Of a stretch of DNA of 64,000 nucleotides, positions 47,373 to 55,983 are shown one piece after another. A program made the position numbers and the translations under genes. The stretch spans positions 96,001 to 160,000 of the forward strand of contig CAWHWQ010000005.1 in NCBI GenBank assembly GCA_963833095.1. The letters run 5' to 3'. Position 1 is the first letter of the stretch, and each line of letters opens with the position of its first letter. Source of the DNA: Vulcanimicrobiota bacterium (lineage in GTDB: Bacteria > Vulcanimicrobiota > Vulcanimicrobiia > Vulcanimicrobiales > Vulcanimicrobiaceae). The notes beneath the pieces are model-generated. The model ran no database searches. It saw nothing but the letters and a program-made list of their open reading frames with translations, and was not told the origin of the DNA.

Positions 47373-50300
47373 GATGCCTCCGCCTCCTTCGCGGGTGCAG
47401 TCGGTCCGAGCCACATGAAAATGACGGGAACCAGTACGAGCGTCAAGACCAGCGAACTGATCAAGCCGCCGATAACGACGACACCAAGTGCTTGACGCTG
47501 CGCGCCGCCGGGATCGAGCGCAAGCGCAATCGGCGTCATGCCGGCGATCATCGCGCACGTCGTCATGATGATCGGGCGGAAACGCTCCTTGGCGCTTTCG
47601 ATCATTGCGCTGACCCGGTCCATACCCTGCTCGACCATATGATTGGCGAAGTCAACCAGCAGAATGCCGTTCTTGGTCGCGAGACCCACCAGCAGCACCG
47701 TCCCGATCAACGAATAGAGGTTTAGACTCTGGCGGGTGATCGCGAGCGCCAGCAGCGCGCCGACCGTTGCGACCGGCACCGCGAACATGATAATGAACGG
47801 CAGGCGATAGCTGTTATAGAGCGCGAGCATCAACAAGTACACGAGAAGAAACGAGAGCAAGAGGCCCGCGCCCATGCCGAGCACCGTGTCGGAAAGATTC
47901 TGCTGGTTGCCGCCCGCGTTCGGCTTCACCTGAACCGTATCGGGCAGCTTCAGCGCCGCAAGGTTCTTTAAGAATCGGTTCTGCACGATCGAGAGCGCGA
48001 CACCCGGCGAGAGATTCGCTTGAACGTGCACGACAGTTTCGCGGTTGGTACGAGTCATCAGCGCTTCGGACGGATCTTGCACGAGCTTAGCGATATCGAC
48101 CAAATGAATGATTGAGCCGTTGCTGGCGCGCAGCGGCAGCGCGAGCAACGTCGCGATCGAGGTCTGGAAGCTGCGCGGGTAGATCACCTGCACGTATTTG
48201 ATGCCATGCGACGTCTGGATCTGCGCGGCCAGCGTACCGCCGAATGCCGCGCGAATCGCTGAAGCCGCCGTACCGATGTTGATATCGAACGCTCGGGCAC
48301 GGTCGCGATCGAAATCGATATCGATCTGAGGCGCCAGTTGCAACGCCGAACTGTTGACGTTGATCGCGCCCGGCGTCTCCTGCAGTGCCTGGAGCACTTT
48401 CGGCGCGTATTTCTCGGGCTGGTCGTCGGTCGAGGTCACCAGGTAGTCGATCTGTTGCGAGCTGCCACCACCTATTCCGGTCGCCGCCACCGATACGATT
48501 TTCGCTCCCGGTGCAATCTTGCTCGCCATTCCACCAAAGCGCTGCGCCCACGACTCGGTCGTGCCCTTGTGGTTGTCTTGCAAGAACACGTGCACTTGTC
48601 CGACGCTGCCCTGATTGACCGTTCCGCCGAACCCGCTTTGCGTCGCACCGGCCAACGCGGTCTGCGATTGCACGGCGGGGATCTTTGCCAACTCCTTCGC
48701 CATCTCGGCAATCTTGGCGTTGACGAACGCGAGTGGAGTGCCGGTCGGATAGGTGAACTGTATGAAGACTTCACCGCGATCGACCGGCGGCATGAACTCG
48801 AACCCGATGATACCCAGCGGAACGAGCATGATCGCCGCGATCACCGCGCAGAACGAAACGATGACGACCAAACGCGGACGCCCCAGGGCCCACGGCAAGG
48901 CGGTTTGCGCATACCACAGGCGCGTGCGTTCAAACAGTTGGCTGAAGCGATCGATGAGTTTTGGCGGCTTCCACGTGGAGAGCAGCGACCAATTGCCGGC
49001 CAGCGACGGCGTCACCGTGAACGAGATGAAGAGCGATGTCAGCGTCGCGGTCACGACCACGAGCGCAAATTCCGAGAGAAAACGGCCGACCGTACCGGGC
49101 AGAAAAGCAATCGGTAAAAACACCACGACGTCGACCAAGGTGATCACGATAGCCGCCGGACCGATCTGCGAGCGCCCTTTGATCGCGGCGTCTTTTGGTG
49201 GCTCGCCTCCCGCATGATGGCGCTCGATATTCTCGAGCACGACGATCGAATCGTCGACGAGGATCCCGATGATCAGCGTCATCGCGAGCAGCGAAACCGT
49301 GTCGATCGAAAAGTTGAACGCCCGCATCAGTGCAAGCGTCACGCCCAGCGATGACGGAATCGCGACGAGCACGACGATCGCGTTGCGCCACGAACGCAGG
49401 AAGAACAGCATCACGATCGCGGTGATGAAGATTGCCTCTGAGAGCGTGCGCACGACGCCGAAAATCTGGTCCTCCGTGTAGGCCGCCTGATTGTTGAGAA
49501 TCTGGAACTGAATCTGAGGATATTGTTTCTCGATGCCGGGTAGCGCTTTGAGCACGTTGTCCGCTGCCACGACTTCGCTTGCGCCCGTCGCCTTTTGGAC
49601 GCCTAGCGAGATCGTGGGAATCGTGCCGACGTAGCTGTATTGGCGCTGCGGTTCAAAACTGTCGATGACGTTCGCGATGTCCGAAATTCGCATTTGGCGC
49701 CGCGCATAGGTCCACGGATTGACGTTCGAAAGCGATGGCCCGGAATAACCGCCCCCGCCGCCACTCGAAGGAGCCGCGACCGTGGATGAGCTCACGGTCG
49801 CGTACTGCGGCGCGACCGACAGCTGGTACGTCGCCGCAGGCGCCGTGGGTTGCGGCTGCGTCGACTGCACCGGCAGCGACAACGTCGGGGGCGGCGTAAC
49901 GGCGGTTGGTGTCACGATACTCGACGTCGTCGAGGAGGATGAACTCGCCGAAGCGGGTGGCGCGGTCGGCGCAGCCGAGAGCGCCGCACTGCTCGACGCG
50001 TTGCCCGCAGCCGTCGCCGAGCTTAGGCTCGAAGACGCCGCGGACGGCGCTCCGGGAACGCCGGCGGCAACCGGCTCGCTATAGCTCGCGTTACCGAACG
50101 AGGTCGTGTACGAGGAGGCCGCCGAGATTAGGAGATTCTCTACCGAAGAACCGGTGGTGAGGTCGCCGCGCACATCGATCGTCGTCTCGTGTCCGGGAAG
50201 ATAGGCAATGCCGCCGGGCTCGCGGTTGTTGTTGTTCTGAATCGAGCTGACCACGTCGCTGAGCGTATAACCAGCCGAGGTGAGCAAATTCGGATCGACC

Positions 50301-50860
50301 AGCACTTCGAATGCGGGCGTGACTGCGCCGTTGGCGTTGACGTTTGAAACCCCGTCGATTTGCTCGAGCGCGGGCACGATGTCGTTGCTCACGATCGCCG
50401 ACATCTGCCCGGGACTGACAGCGTTTGAACTCAGTCCGATCGTCAGAACGGTCGCTTGGGCCGGATCGAACGTACCGACGGTGGGAGCGGGCATGTCGCT
50501 AGGCAGTTGCGATTGCGCGATCATGACGCGGCGTTGCACTTGCACCAGATCCGTCGTCTTATTGGAAGAGAGATTGAAGGTGGCGGTGATCGACGCCTGA
50601 CCCTGCTGAACCGTTGTGTTAATGTACGAGAGATTCGGAGCGCCGGCGATCGCGTCTTCGAGCGGTCGCACGATCGCATCGCGGATTTCCGTGGTCGATC
50701 CGCCCGGGTAGCTCGCGCGCACACCGACGACCGGAAAATCCACGTTGGGAAACTGTTGCTGCGTGATCGTCAGCACGCCGAAGGTGCCTACGACGGCGAT
50801 CAACGCGAGCATCACGAAGATGATCGTCGGCCGCTGGACGCAAAGCCGCGTGAGCCACAT
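47369..50860 (-). CDS. RND efflux permease (AcrB family), subunit 1, with long low-complexity insert
   Basis: GILVDDSIVVLENI, KNGILLVDF, RFRPIIMTT; Ser/Ala/Pro/Thr insert at about 49710-50126. Confidence 0.93.
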   Translation of the reverse strand: MWLTRLCVQRPTIIFVMLALIAVVGTFGVLTITQQQFPNVDFPVVGVRASYPGGSTTEIRDAIVRPLEDAIAGAPNLSYINTTVQQGQASITATFNLSSNKTTDLVQVQRRVMIAQSQLPSDMPAPTVGTFDPAQATVLTIGLSSNAVSPGQMSAIVSNDIVPALEQIDGVSNVNANGAVTPAFEVLVDPNLLTSAGYTLSDVVSSIQNNNNREPGGIAYLPGHETTIDVRGDLTTGSSVENLLISAASSYTTSFGNASYSEPVAAGVPGAPSAASSSLSSATAAGNASSSAALSAAPTAPPASASSSSSTTSSIVTPTAVTPPPTLSLPVQSTQPQPTAPAATYQLSVAPQYATVSSSTVAAPSSGGGGGYSGPSLSNVNPWTYARRQMRISDIANVIDSFEPQRQYSYVGTIPTISLGVQKATGASEVVAADNVLKALPGIEKQYPQIQFQILNNQAAYTEDQIFGVVRTLSEAIFITAIVMLFFLRSWRNAIVVLVAIPSSLGVTLALMRAFNFSIDTVSLLAMTLIIGILVDDSIVVLENIERHHAGGEPPKDAAIKGRSQIGPAAIVITLVDVVVFLPIAFLPGTVGRFLSEFALVVVTATLTSLFISFTVTPSLAGNWSLLSTWKPPKLIDRFSQLFERTRLWYAQTALPWALGRPRLVVIVSFCAVIAAIMLVPLGIIGFEFMPPVDRGEVFIQFTYPTGTPLAFVNAKIAEMAKELAKIPAVQSQTALAGATQSGFGGTVNQGSVGQVHVFLQDNHKGTTESWAQRFGGMASKIAPGAKIVSVAATGIGGGSSQQIDYLVTSTDDQPEKYAPKVLQALQETPGAINVNSSALQLAPQIDIDFDRDRARAFDINIGTAASAIRAAFGGTLAAQIQTSHGIKYVQVIYPRSFQTSIATLLALPLRASNGSIIHLVDIAKLVQDPSEALMTRTNRETVVHVQANLSPGVALSIVQNRFLKNLAALKLPDTVQVKPNAGGNQQNLSDTVLGMGAGLLLSFLLVYLLMLALYNSYRLPFIIMFAVPVATVGALLALAITRQSLNLYSLIGTVLLVGLATKNGILLVDFANHMVEQGMDRVSAMIESAKERFRPIIMTTCAMIAGMTPIALALDPGGAQRQALGVVVIGGLISSLVLTLVLVPVIFMWLGPTAPAKEAEAS

Positions 50861-52149
50861 TAGGGTTGTTGCTGGTTCTTCTGACCGGGCGACGCGCCGG
50901 GTGATGCCGACGGGACGACATTTTGCCCCGCGGCGATGCCGAGCTGACCATTGGCAACGACTCGTGTACCGTTCGCGATCCCGGTGACGATCGAGGTCTT
51001 TCCGTCGCTGCCGAGTTCGGTAACGGTCTGCTGCTTAGCATCGCCGTTCGCGTCGACGATCATGATGGTTTTGTGCGAATCGTCGAGAAACGCGGCGGTC
51101 GGAATCCCCGTGCCGCTCACCGTCGGAAGTTGGATCGTTCCCGTTACGGCCATGCCGGATTGCAGCCGGTCACCCGGATTCGCCGCGATGGCCTCGACGG
51201 TAAAGTTGGTCGAACCGGGCTGCACTTGCCCGAGCACCGCATTGACCCGGCCCTGATACGTCGCGTTGGTCACCCCGGAAACCGCAAGACTCACCGGCGC
51301 GCCACGCTGAATCGTGAACACGTTGGACGACGACGCATTGAGTTCTGCGTAAACCGGATCGAGTTGCTGCACGGTGAAGATCGTGCGCGACCCCGGGTAT
51401 TCGCCGGGATTGAGATTGCGGTTGACAATGACGCCGTCGACCGGAGAAACGATCGTCGCTTTGACGATTGAAGCTTCGATTTGATCGGCTTGCGCGTGCG
51501 CCGCCTGCGCATCAGCGATCGCCGAGGCAACCGTCGCGGCCTGAAGACCCTGCTGGTTATTGCCGTTGACTTGCGCGTTGAGCACGGCCGTGTTATAGGT
51601 TTGCTGGTCCTGCACGTAGGCGGCGTGCGCAGCCTCGAGCGTCGATTCCGAAACGTAGCCGCTCTTGTACAGCGAGTTGTCCTGATTGTAAACCAGCTTG
51701 GCGTTGTTCATCGCGGCCTGCGCGGCCGAAACGCTGTTGGTACCTTGGCCGAGGTTGAGCTGCGCTTGATACTTGGTCTGGACGGCACGCGCGTCGGCGG
51801 ACGCTGCGTTACTCTCGTCGGCGTTGTAATTCGCACGCAGATCCGTCGTATCCAAGATTGCGAGCACCTCGCCGCGGTGCACGTGATCGCCTTGGATCAC
51901 GTTGACGACGTCGGTCGGTTCGCTCAACGAACTCGAGATCGAGACGTTCTGATAGGGGGCGACGATCCCGGCGATCTGTGCCGTCGGCTTCACGGTTGCC
52001 GGTGCAGCCGTCACGGTCGGAATTGCCGCTGCGCCGGCAGGGCCGCTACCGCGGTGGTGGCGCTGGCTGCCCCCGCATCCGGCAAAGATAAGCGCAAGTC
52101 CCCCGAGCGCGGCACACAGAAGGGGCTTCTTAAAGCGGTAAAGCAGCAT
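50860..52149 (-). CDS. RND periplasmic adaptor (membrane fusion protein), lipoprotein
   Basis: Probable start MLLYRFKK at 52149 with IFAGC lipobox; V.V.QGD.V..GEVLA.LD, coiled coil, IVSPVDGVI..RN..PGE, L.SGM. Confidence 0.9.
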   Translation of the reverse strand: MLLYRFKKPLLCAALGGLALIFAGCGGSQRHHRGSGPAGAAAIPTVTAAPATVKPTAQIAGIVAPYQNVSISSSLSEPTDVVNVIQGDHVHRGEVLAILDTTDLRANYNADESNAASADARAVQTKYQAQLNLGQGTNSVSAAQAAMNNAKLVYNQDNSLYKSGYVSESTLEAAHAAYVQDQQTYNTAVLNAQVNGNNQQGLQAATVASAIADAQAAHAQADQIEASIVKATIVSPVDGVIVNRNLNPGEYPGSRTIFTVQQLDPVYAELNASSSNVFTIQRGAPVSLAVSGVTNATYQGRVNAVLGQVQPGSTNFTVEAIAANPGDRLQSGMAVTGTIQLPTVSGTGIPTAAFLDDSHKTIMIVDANGDAKQQTVTELGSDGKTSIVTGIANGTRVVANGQLGIAAGQNVVPSASPGASPGQKNQQQP

Positions 52150-52243
52150 CGCCGCAAAGGCTACGCCACCAGGCAGAGCGATTCCTGAGAGCGCTTGCTC
52201 ATTTGAACGATTTCTCAGCTTCATGCGGTACAGTGATACCGTT

Positions 52244-52717
52244 ATGAAGAGCTGGGTCAAACAGGCCCTGCGTACCATCCCCGCAGTGGCCGCTTCTATC
52301 GCTTTCCTCGGTTTGCCGAGCATTGGGCTCGCGCAGCAGTCGATGCCGAGCTACGCCGTGACCAAGATCGAGACGATCAAGGGCACCGTTTCGAGTTTTA
52401 ACGGGAAATATTCGATGTACGTGCGCGACGTGCGCGGCTACATCGATGACGTCACGCTGCATCAAGGCACGATCATCAACCCGACCGGAATCCGCCTGCA
52501 ACCGGGTTATCCGGTGACGATCTCCGGGCGGCCCAATGGTTCGACCTTTCTGGCCGATCAGATCGACACGCCCTTCCGCGTCGTCTACGGGTACGGCTAT
52601 CCCGCATACCCCTACTACGGCTACGGTTACGGCTACCCGTATCCGGCCTACGGCCTGAGCCTCGGCTTTGGGTGGGGTGGATACGGCGGTTGGGGCTGGG
52701 GCGGCCGGCATAGGTAG
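52244..52717 (+). CDS. Hypothetical secreted protein, small beta domain plus Tyr/Gly/Pro/Trp-rich tail
   Basis: Signal peptide; IKGTVSSFNGKY..YVRD.RGYIDDV.LHQGTIINPTG..L.PG..V.I.G; tail YGYGYPAYPYYGYGYGYP...GWGGYGGWGWGG. Confidence 0.8.
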   Translation: MKSWVKQALRTIPAVAASIAFLGLPSIGLAQQSMPSYAVTKIETIKGTVSSFNGKYSMYVRDVRGYIDDVTLHQGTIINPTGIRLQPGYPVTISGRPNGSTFLADQIDTPFRVVYGYGYPAYPYYGYGYGYPYPAYGLSLGFGWGGYGGWGWGGRHR

Positions 52718-52745
52718 CGGGCGCCCGCCGTCAAATTGTCGCTGA

Positions 52746-52883
52746 ATGTCGAACGCAACCACCACCGATGATAAGCGTAAGGCAGAACGGCGCGGAGGCG
52801 ATCGCCGGGTGTTGAACATCGCCGTGACCTCTGACCGACGTAGCGGAATCGACCGGCGCGAACGCGACCGGCGCGCCAACTAG
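52746..52883 (+). CDS. 45-aa [D/E]RR-repeat peptide (absent from the ORF track)
   Basis: ATG 52746 to TAG 52883: MSNATTTDDKRKAERRGGDRRVLNIAVTSDRRSGIDRRERDRRAN; no clear RBS. Confidence 0.62.
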   Translation: MSNATTTDDKRKAERRGGDRRVLNIAVTSDRRSGIDRRERDRRAN

Positions 52884-52924
52884 CACCCAACGCTAGAACC
52901 GCGCGAGTAGGCCTCAGACAGCCC

Positions 52925-52952
52925 GCACACGAGGGCTCGAGTTTTCGTGTGC
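52925..52952 (+). terminator. Stem-loop downstream of the DRR peptide (possible terminator or stabilising hairpin)
   Basis: GCACACGAGGGC-TCGA-GTTTTCGTGTGC: 12-bp stem including three G-U pairs; no poly-U tail. Confidence 0.35.
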
Positions 52953-53013
52953 GCCGTCCAGGAGAATGCAAAGTCCGAGCCAATGAAGAGCATGCTTTGC
53001 ATTTGGATGGCCT

Positions 53014-53928
53014 ATGAACGTCAAAGACCTTCAGTACGCGCTCGCGCTCGAACGGCGGCGCAGCTTTAGCCGAGCTGCCGAGGAGTGCGGCGTGGCTCAG
53101 CCGACCTTGAGCGCCCAGATCCGAAAGCTCGAGAGTGAGCTCGGCGTGGAGCTCTTCGAGCGCGACGGCCGCACCCTTCGCGTCACGCCCGCAGGCGAGC
53201 TGATCCTCGATCAGGCACGGGTCGTGCTTGACGCCGTCGCTCGCATCGAGGAAGTAGCCCAATCTCGCGCCGACCCGATGGTCGGACCGATTCGCTTGGG
53301 CGTCATCCCGACGCTGGCTCCGTACCTTTTGCCGGGCATCCTCGGGCCGCTGCAAAGACAGCTCCCGGCTGCGCCGCTCGTCGTCGTCGAAGACATGACG
53401 CATCGCCTGCTCGAGTCAATTCACGCGGGGCGACTCGATGCGGCGCTGGTGGCCACCGATCACCGCGACGGAAACCTCTCGGAGATCGCGCTCTTCGACG
53501 AGCCGTTCAGCTTGGCGCTCCCCAGCGACGATCCGCTTGCGAAGCAAACGAGCGTTCGGGTCGAGGAGCTCGATCCGGCAGCGCTTATTTTACTTGCCGA
53601 CGGACACTGCTTGTCGGACCAGGCATTGGCGCTCTGCGGTCAGGCACGCGGCCGCGGCCTGCGTAGCGACCTCTCGGCAACCAGTCTGGAGACCGTGCTC
53701 AATTTGGTCGAGGCCGGCCTTGGGATGACGATCGTCCCCCTCCTCGCGCGGACGCACTTCCAAAGCCGCTTTACGCGCATCGTCTTTCGGCCGCTCGAGG
53801 GTCCGCACTCATCCCGCTCGATTCGCGTGATTCATCGTGCCTTTGTGCCGCGACGTCCGGCAATCGAGCGCCTCGCCGCGACGATCCGAGAGAGCGCGCT
53901 CGTAGGCGTTGCCGTCGAGAGCGTGTAA
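53014..53928 (+). CDS. oxyR: Hydrogen peroxide-sensing LysR regulator OxyR
   Basis: LysR HTH F..AAE.C.V.QPTLSAQIRKLE, LGVIPTLAPYLLP, LFDEPF, GHCLSDQALALC with both redox Cys, ATSLET. Confidence 0.88.
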   Translation: MNVKDLQYALALERRRSFSRAAEECGVAQPTLSAQIRKLESELGVELFERDGRTLRVTPAGELILDQARVVLDAVARIEEVAQSRADPMVGPIRLGVIPTLAPYLLPGILGPLQRQLPAAPLVVVEDMTHRLLESIHAGRLDAALVATDHRDGNLSEIALFDEPFSLALPSDDPLAKQTSVRVEELDPAALILLADGHCLSDQALALCGQARGRGLRSDLSATSLETVLNLVEAGLGMTIVPLLARTHFQSRFTRIVFRPLEGPHSSRSIRVIHRAFVPRRPAIERLAATIRESALVGVAVESV

Positions 53929-53937
53929 GATGAGTTC

Positions 53938-54375
53938 ATGGCCGACGTGAATCGGGATCTTTTTCCGACTACGAAAATCAACGTGCCGAACCTCGTCCCG
54001 CTGATGGATCGTTTGCGCAACGATGCGCTCAAGCGCTCGATCACGGTGCTCCACGTGCGCACATCCGAAGAGGGCGAATGGATTTGCTCGACTGCGGCGG
54101 CGCGTCTTACGCGCGAACGCGTGCAACTGCTCGCTCCACAAGACGGCAGGGTGATCGATCTCGTCGAACAGGCCATCCGTGCAAAAATACCGATCGTCTT
54201 CGTGGGAGAGATCCGTCGCGAAGAGGATGCGCGCGCACTGCGCGCCGCAGCAACACTGGGCATCCGCACGGTCGGATTTTTGGTTCGCGACTCGCGCAAG
54301 GAAGCCCACGACACCCTGAGCATCCTCGGCGGGTGGAGCAGCTTCGACGTCGCGTTGCTCAGCGAAACCGCTTAA
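53938..54375 (+). CDS. Hypothetical protein resembling the C-terminal half of PilT/PulE secretion ATPases (no Walker A)
   Basis: AIRAKIPIVFVGEIRREEDARALRAAATLG resembles ALRQDPDVILVGEIRD.ETA..A..AA.TGH. Confidence 0.55.
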   Translation: MADVNRDLFPTTKINVPNLVPLMDRLRNDALKRSITVLHVRTSEEGEWICSTAAARLTRERVQLLAPQDGRVIDLVEQAIRAKIPIVFVGEIRREEDARALRAAATLGIRTVGFLVRDSRKEAHDTLSILGGWSSFDVALLSETA

Positions 54376-55235
54376 AGCTCGAGCACGCTCTCGTAGACCT
54401 CCACGCATTCACCGCCGGCCACGATCTGCTGCACGGCCGTCCCTTCGACGGTGAAGCGCGCATGTAAGACCGACGGCCGCTCCATCGCGTGGCCCTGATG
54501 CACTTCGAGCTTGGTGCGGCTGGGGTCGAGCAGGCGCCACCACCCAAGCGCCGCGCAAAGCGGTGCAATCGAACTGCCGGTCGCGGGATCCTCGCCGATT
54601 TTGCTCGCGAGGTCGGGAAACATCCGCGAGTAGGCCTTGCCGCCTTGGTAGCTTAGGATGAGCACGTTGCCTTCGCCGATGGTTTCGCTTGTCGCCTTGA
54701 CCAAGTCGCCGCGATCGAGCATGACCCAATCAACGTTCTGCTCGGTATCCAGCAAGACGATCAAGAACTCAACACCGCGCCCGCCGAAGACCTGCGGCGG
54801 CATCATGACGGTGGAAACGGGCAGCCCGAGAGCTTGCGCGACGGCGGCGCGATCGGCGGCCGGGCTAAGTGCTTCGGCCGGCGGTGGCGTCATCCAAAGC
54901 ATCTTGCCCTCCGTGCGCACGGGGATGATGCCTGCCTCCATTTCAAACGCCAAGTCCGGCGTGCCGCGACCCGAGTGCTGCAACACGAACGCCGTTCCCA
55001 ATGTCGGATGACCTGCGAATGGCAATTCTTTGCCCGGGGTGAAGATGCGCACGTGGTGCGTTGCGCGTTCGTCATTCGAGCGCGTCACGAACGTCGATTC
55101 GGAAAGGTTCATTTCGCGCGCGATCTTCTGCATCGTTTCGCCGTCGAGGCCCTCGGCGTCGAGAAACACGGCGAGCGGATTCCCGCCGAACCGGTGGGAC
55201 GTGAAAACGTCCACATGATATAAAGGCATCTTCAT
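54372..55235 (-). CDS. PhzF-family isomerase/epimerase
   Basis: VDVFT...FGGNPLAV, MQ.IAREMNLSESTF, RIFTP..ELPFAGHPTLG, EDPATGS, QG.AM.RPS. Start 55235 or 55229. Confidence 0.92.
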   Translation of the reverse strand: MKMPLYHVDVFTSHRFGGNPLAVFLDAEGLDGETMQKIAREMNLSESTFVTRSNDERATHHVRIFTPGKELPFAGHPTLGTAFVLQHSGRGTPDLAFEMEAGIIPVRTEGKMLWMTPPPAEALSPAADRAAVAQALGLPVSTVMMPPQVFGGRGVEFLIVLLDTEQNVDWVMLDRGDLVKATSETIGEGNVLILSYQGGKAYSRMFPDLASKIGEDPATGSSIAPLCAALGWWRLLDPSRTKLEVHQGHAMERPSVLHARFTVEGTAVQQIVAGGECVEVYESVLEL

Positions 55236-55983
55236 GACCATTCCACTCTACCATGCCGTTGCGTCCGGCGCACCCGATCCCGCGGCGATTTTCACGCGAG
55301 CGCAAACGGTCTGGAGCGCGCGAACGGAGCCGCCGTACGAGTCATTCACGTTGTCATGCGAAGACACGTTCCTCGCCGACAAATGCCAAGCCGGCACGCA
55401 GGTCCAGTTCATCGTGCGTTTAAGCGACGGCCGGACCTTCGCGCAAACAATCGCCGCAAATGGGCGCCCTGCAAGCGTGCTCTTGCGGGGCGGGTATATC
55501 GTCGGACCGGCCGGTGCACCGTTCGGGTTTTATCGCCGCTCCCCGGTTCCCGGCGCAACGATCGCTGCGCCGCCGCCGAATCTCGCAGAAGACCCGATGA
55601 CGACGATTGCAACGGTCGCCGCGGTCGATCGCGCGTACGCGATTACACTCGCTGGCACCGAGCTCACCGGCGCGTGCACGTGTTATCATCTACGCTTGCG
55701 CCCGCTGCGCGATCCGCAAGCGTACCCGCTTCGTGATCTCTGGATCGATACGATGACGTACAACGTGGTGCGCTTGACCTACGCGTGGCCGTACAATGGC
55801 ACCACCGCCTCCGTGACCTACGATTTTGCGCCGCTGGGTCCGCGGGCGATCTGGACGGTCGTGCACATTGACGCGCAGGCGGTCTCACACGGACTCTTTA
55901 CCACACATGTCGAGCGCGTCAGTGAAGGCTTGCAAAACATCGCGTTCCCGGAAAGCGAGCCCGATGCCGATTTCACGCCTTAG
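55234..55983 (+). CDS. Hypothetical protein
   Basis: Long ORF in the expected coding frame; YHLRLRP..DP..YPLRDLWID..TY motif reminiscent of LolA-like folds; no signal peptide (in-frame TGA at 55216-55218). Confidence 0.7.
   Translation: MTIPLYHAVASGAPDPAAIFTRAQTVWSARTEPPYESFTLSCEDTFLADKCQAGTQVQFIVRLSDGRTFAQTIAANGRPASVLLRGGYIVGPAGAPFGFYRRSPVPGATIAAPPPNLAEDPMTTIATVAAVDRAYAITLAGTELTGACTCYHLRLRPLRDPQAYPLRDLWIDTMTYNVVRLTYAWPYNGTTASVTYDFAPLGPRAIWTVVHIDAQAVSHGLFTTHVERVSEGLQNIAFPESEPDADFTP

Noticed and set aside
52585..52710. TACGG(C/T) repeats that might be a DNA repeat array
   Set aside because: They are Tyr-Gly codons of a protein tail, with no spacer structure; not CRISPR.
54372..55235. PhzF as evidence of phenazine biosynthesis
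   Set aside because: No other phz genes are present; stand-alone PhzF-like genes are common.
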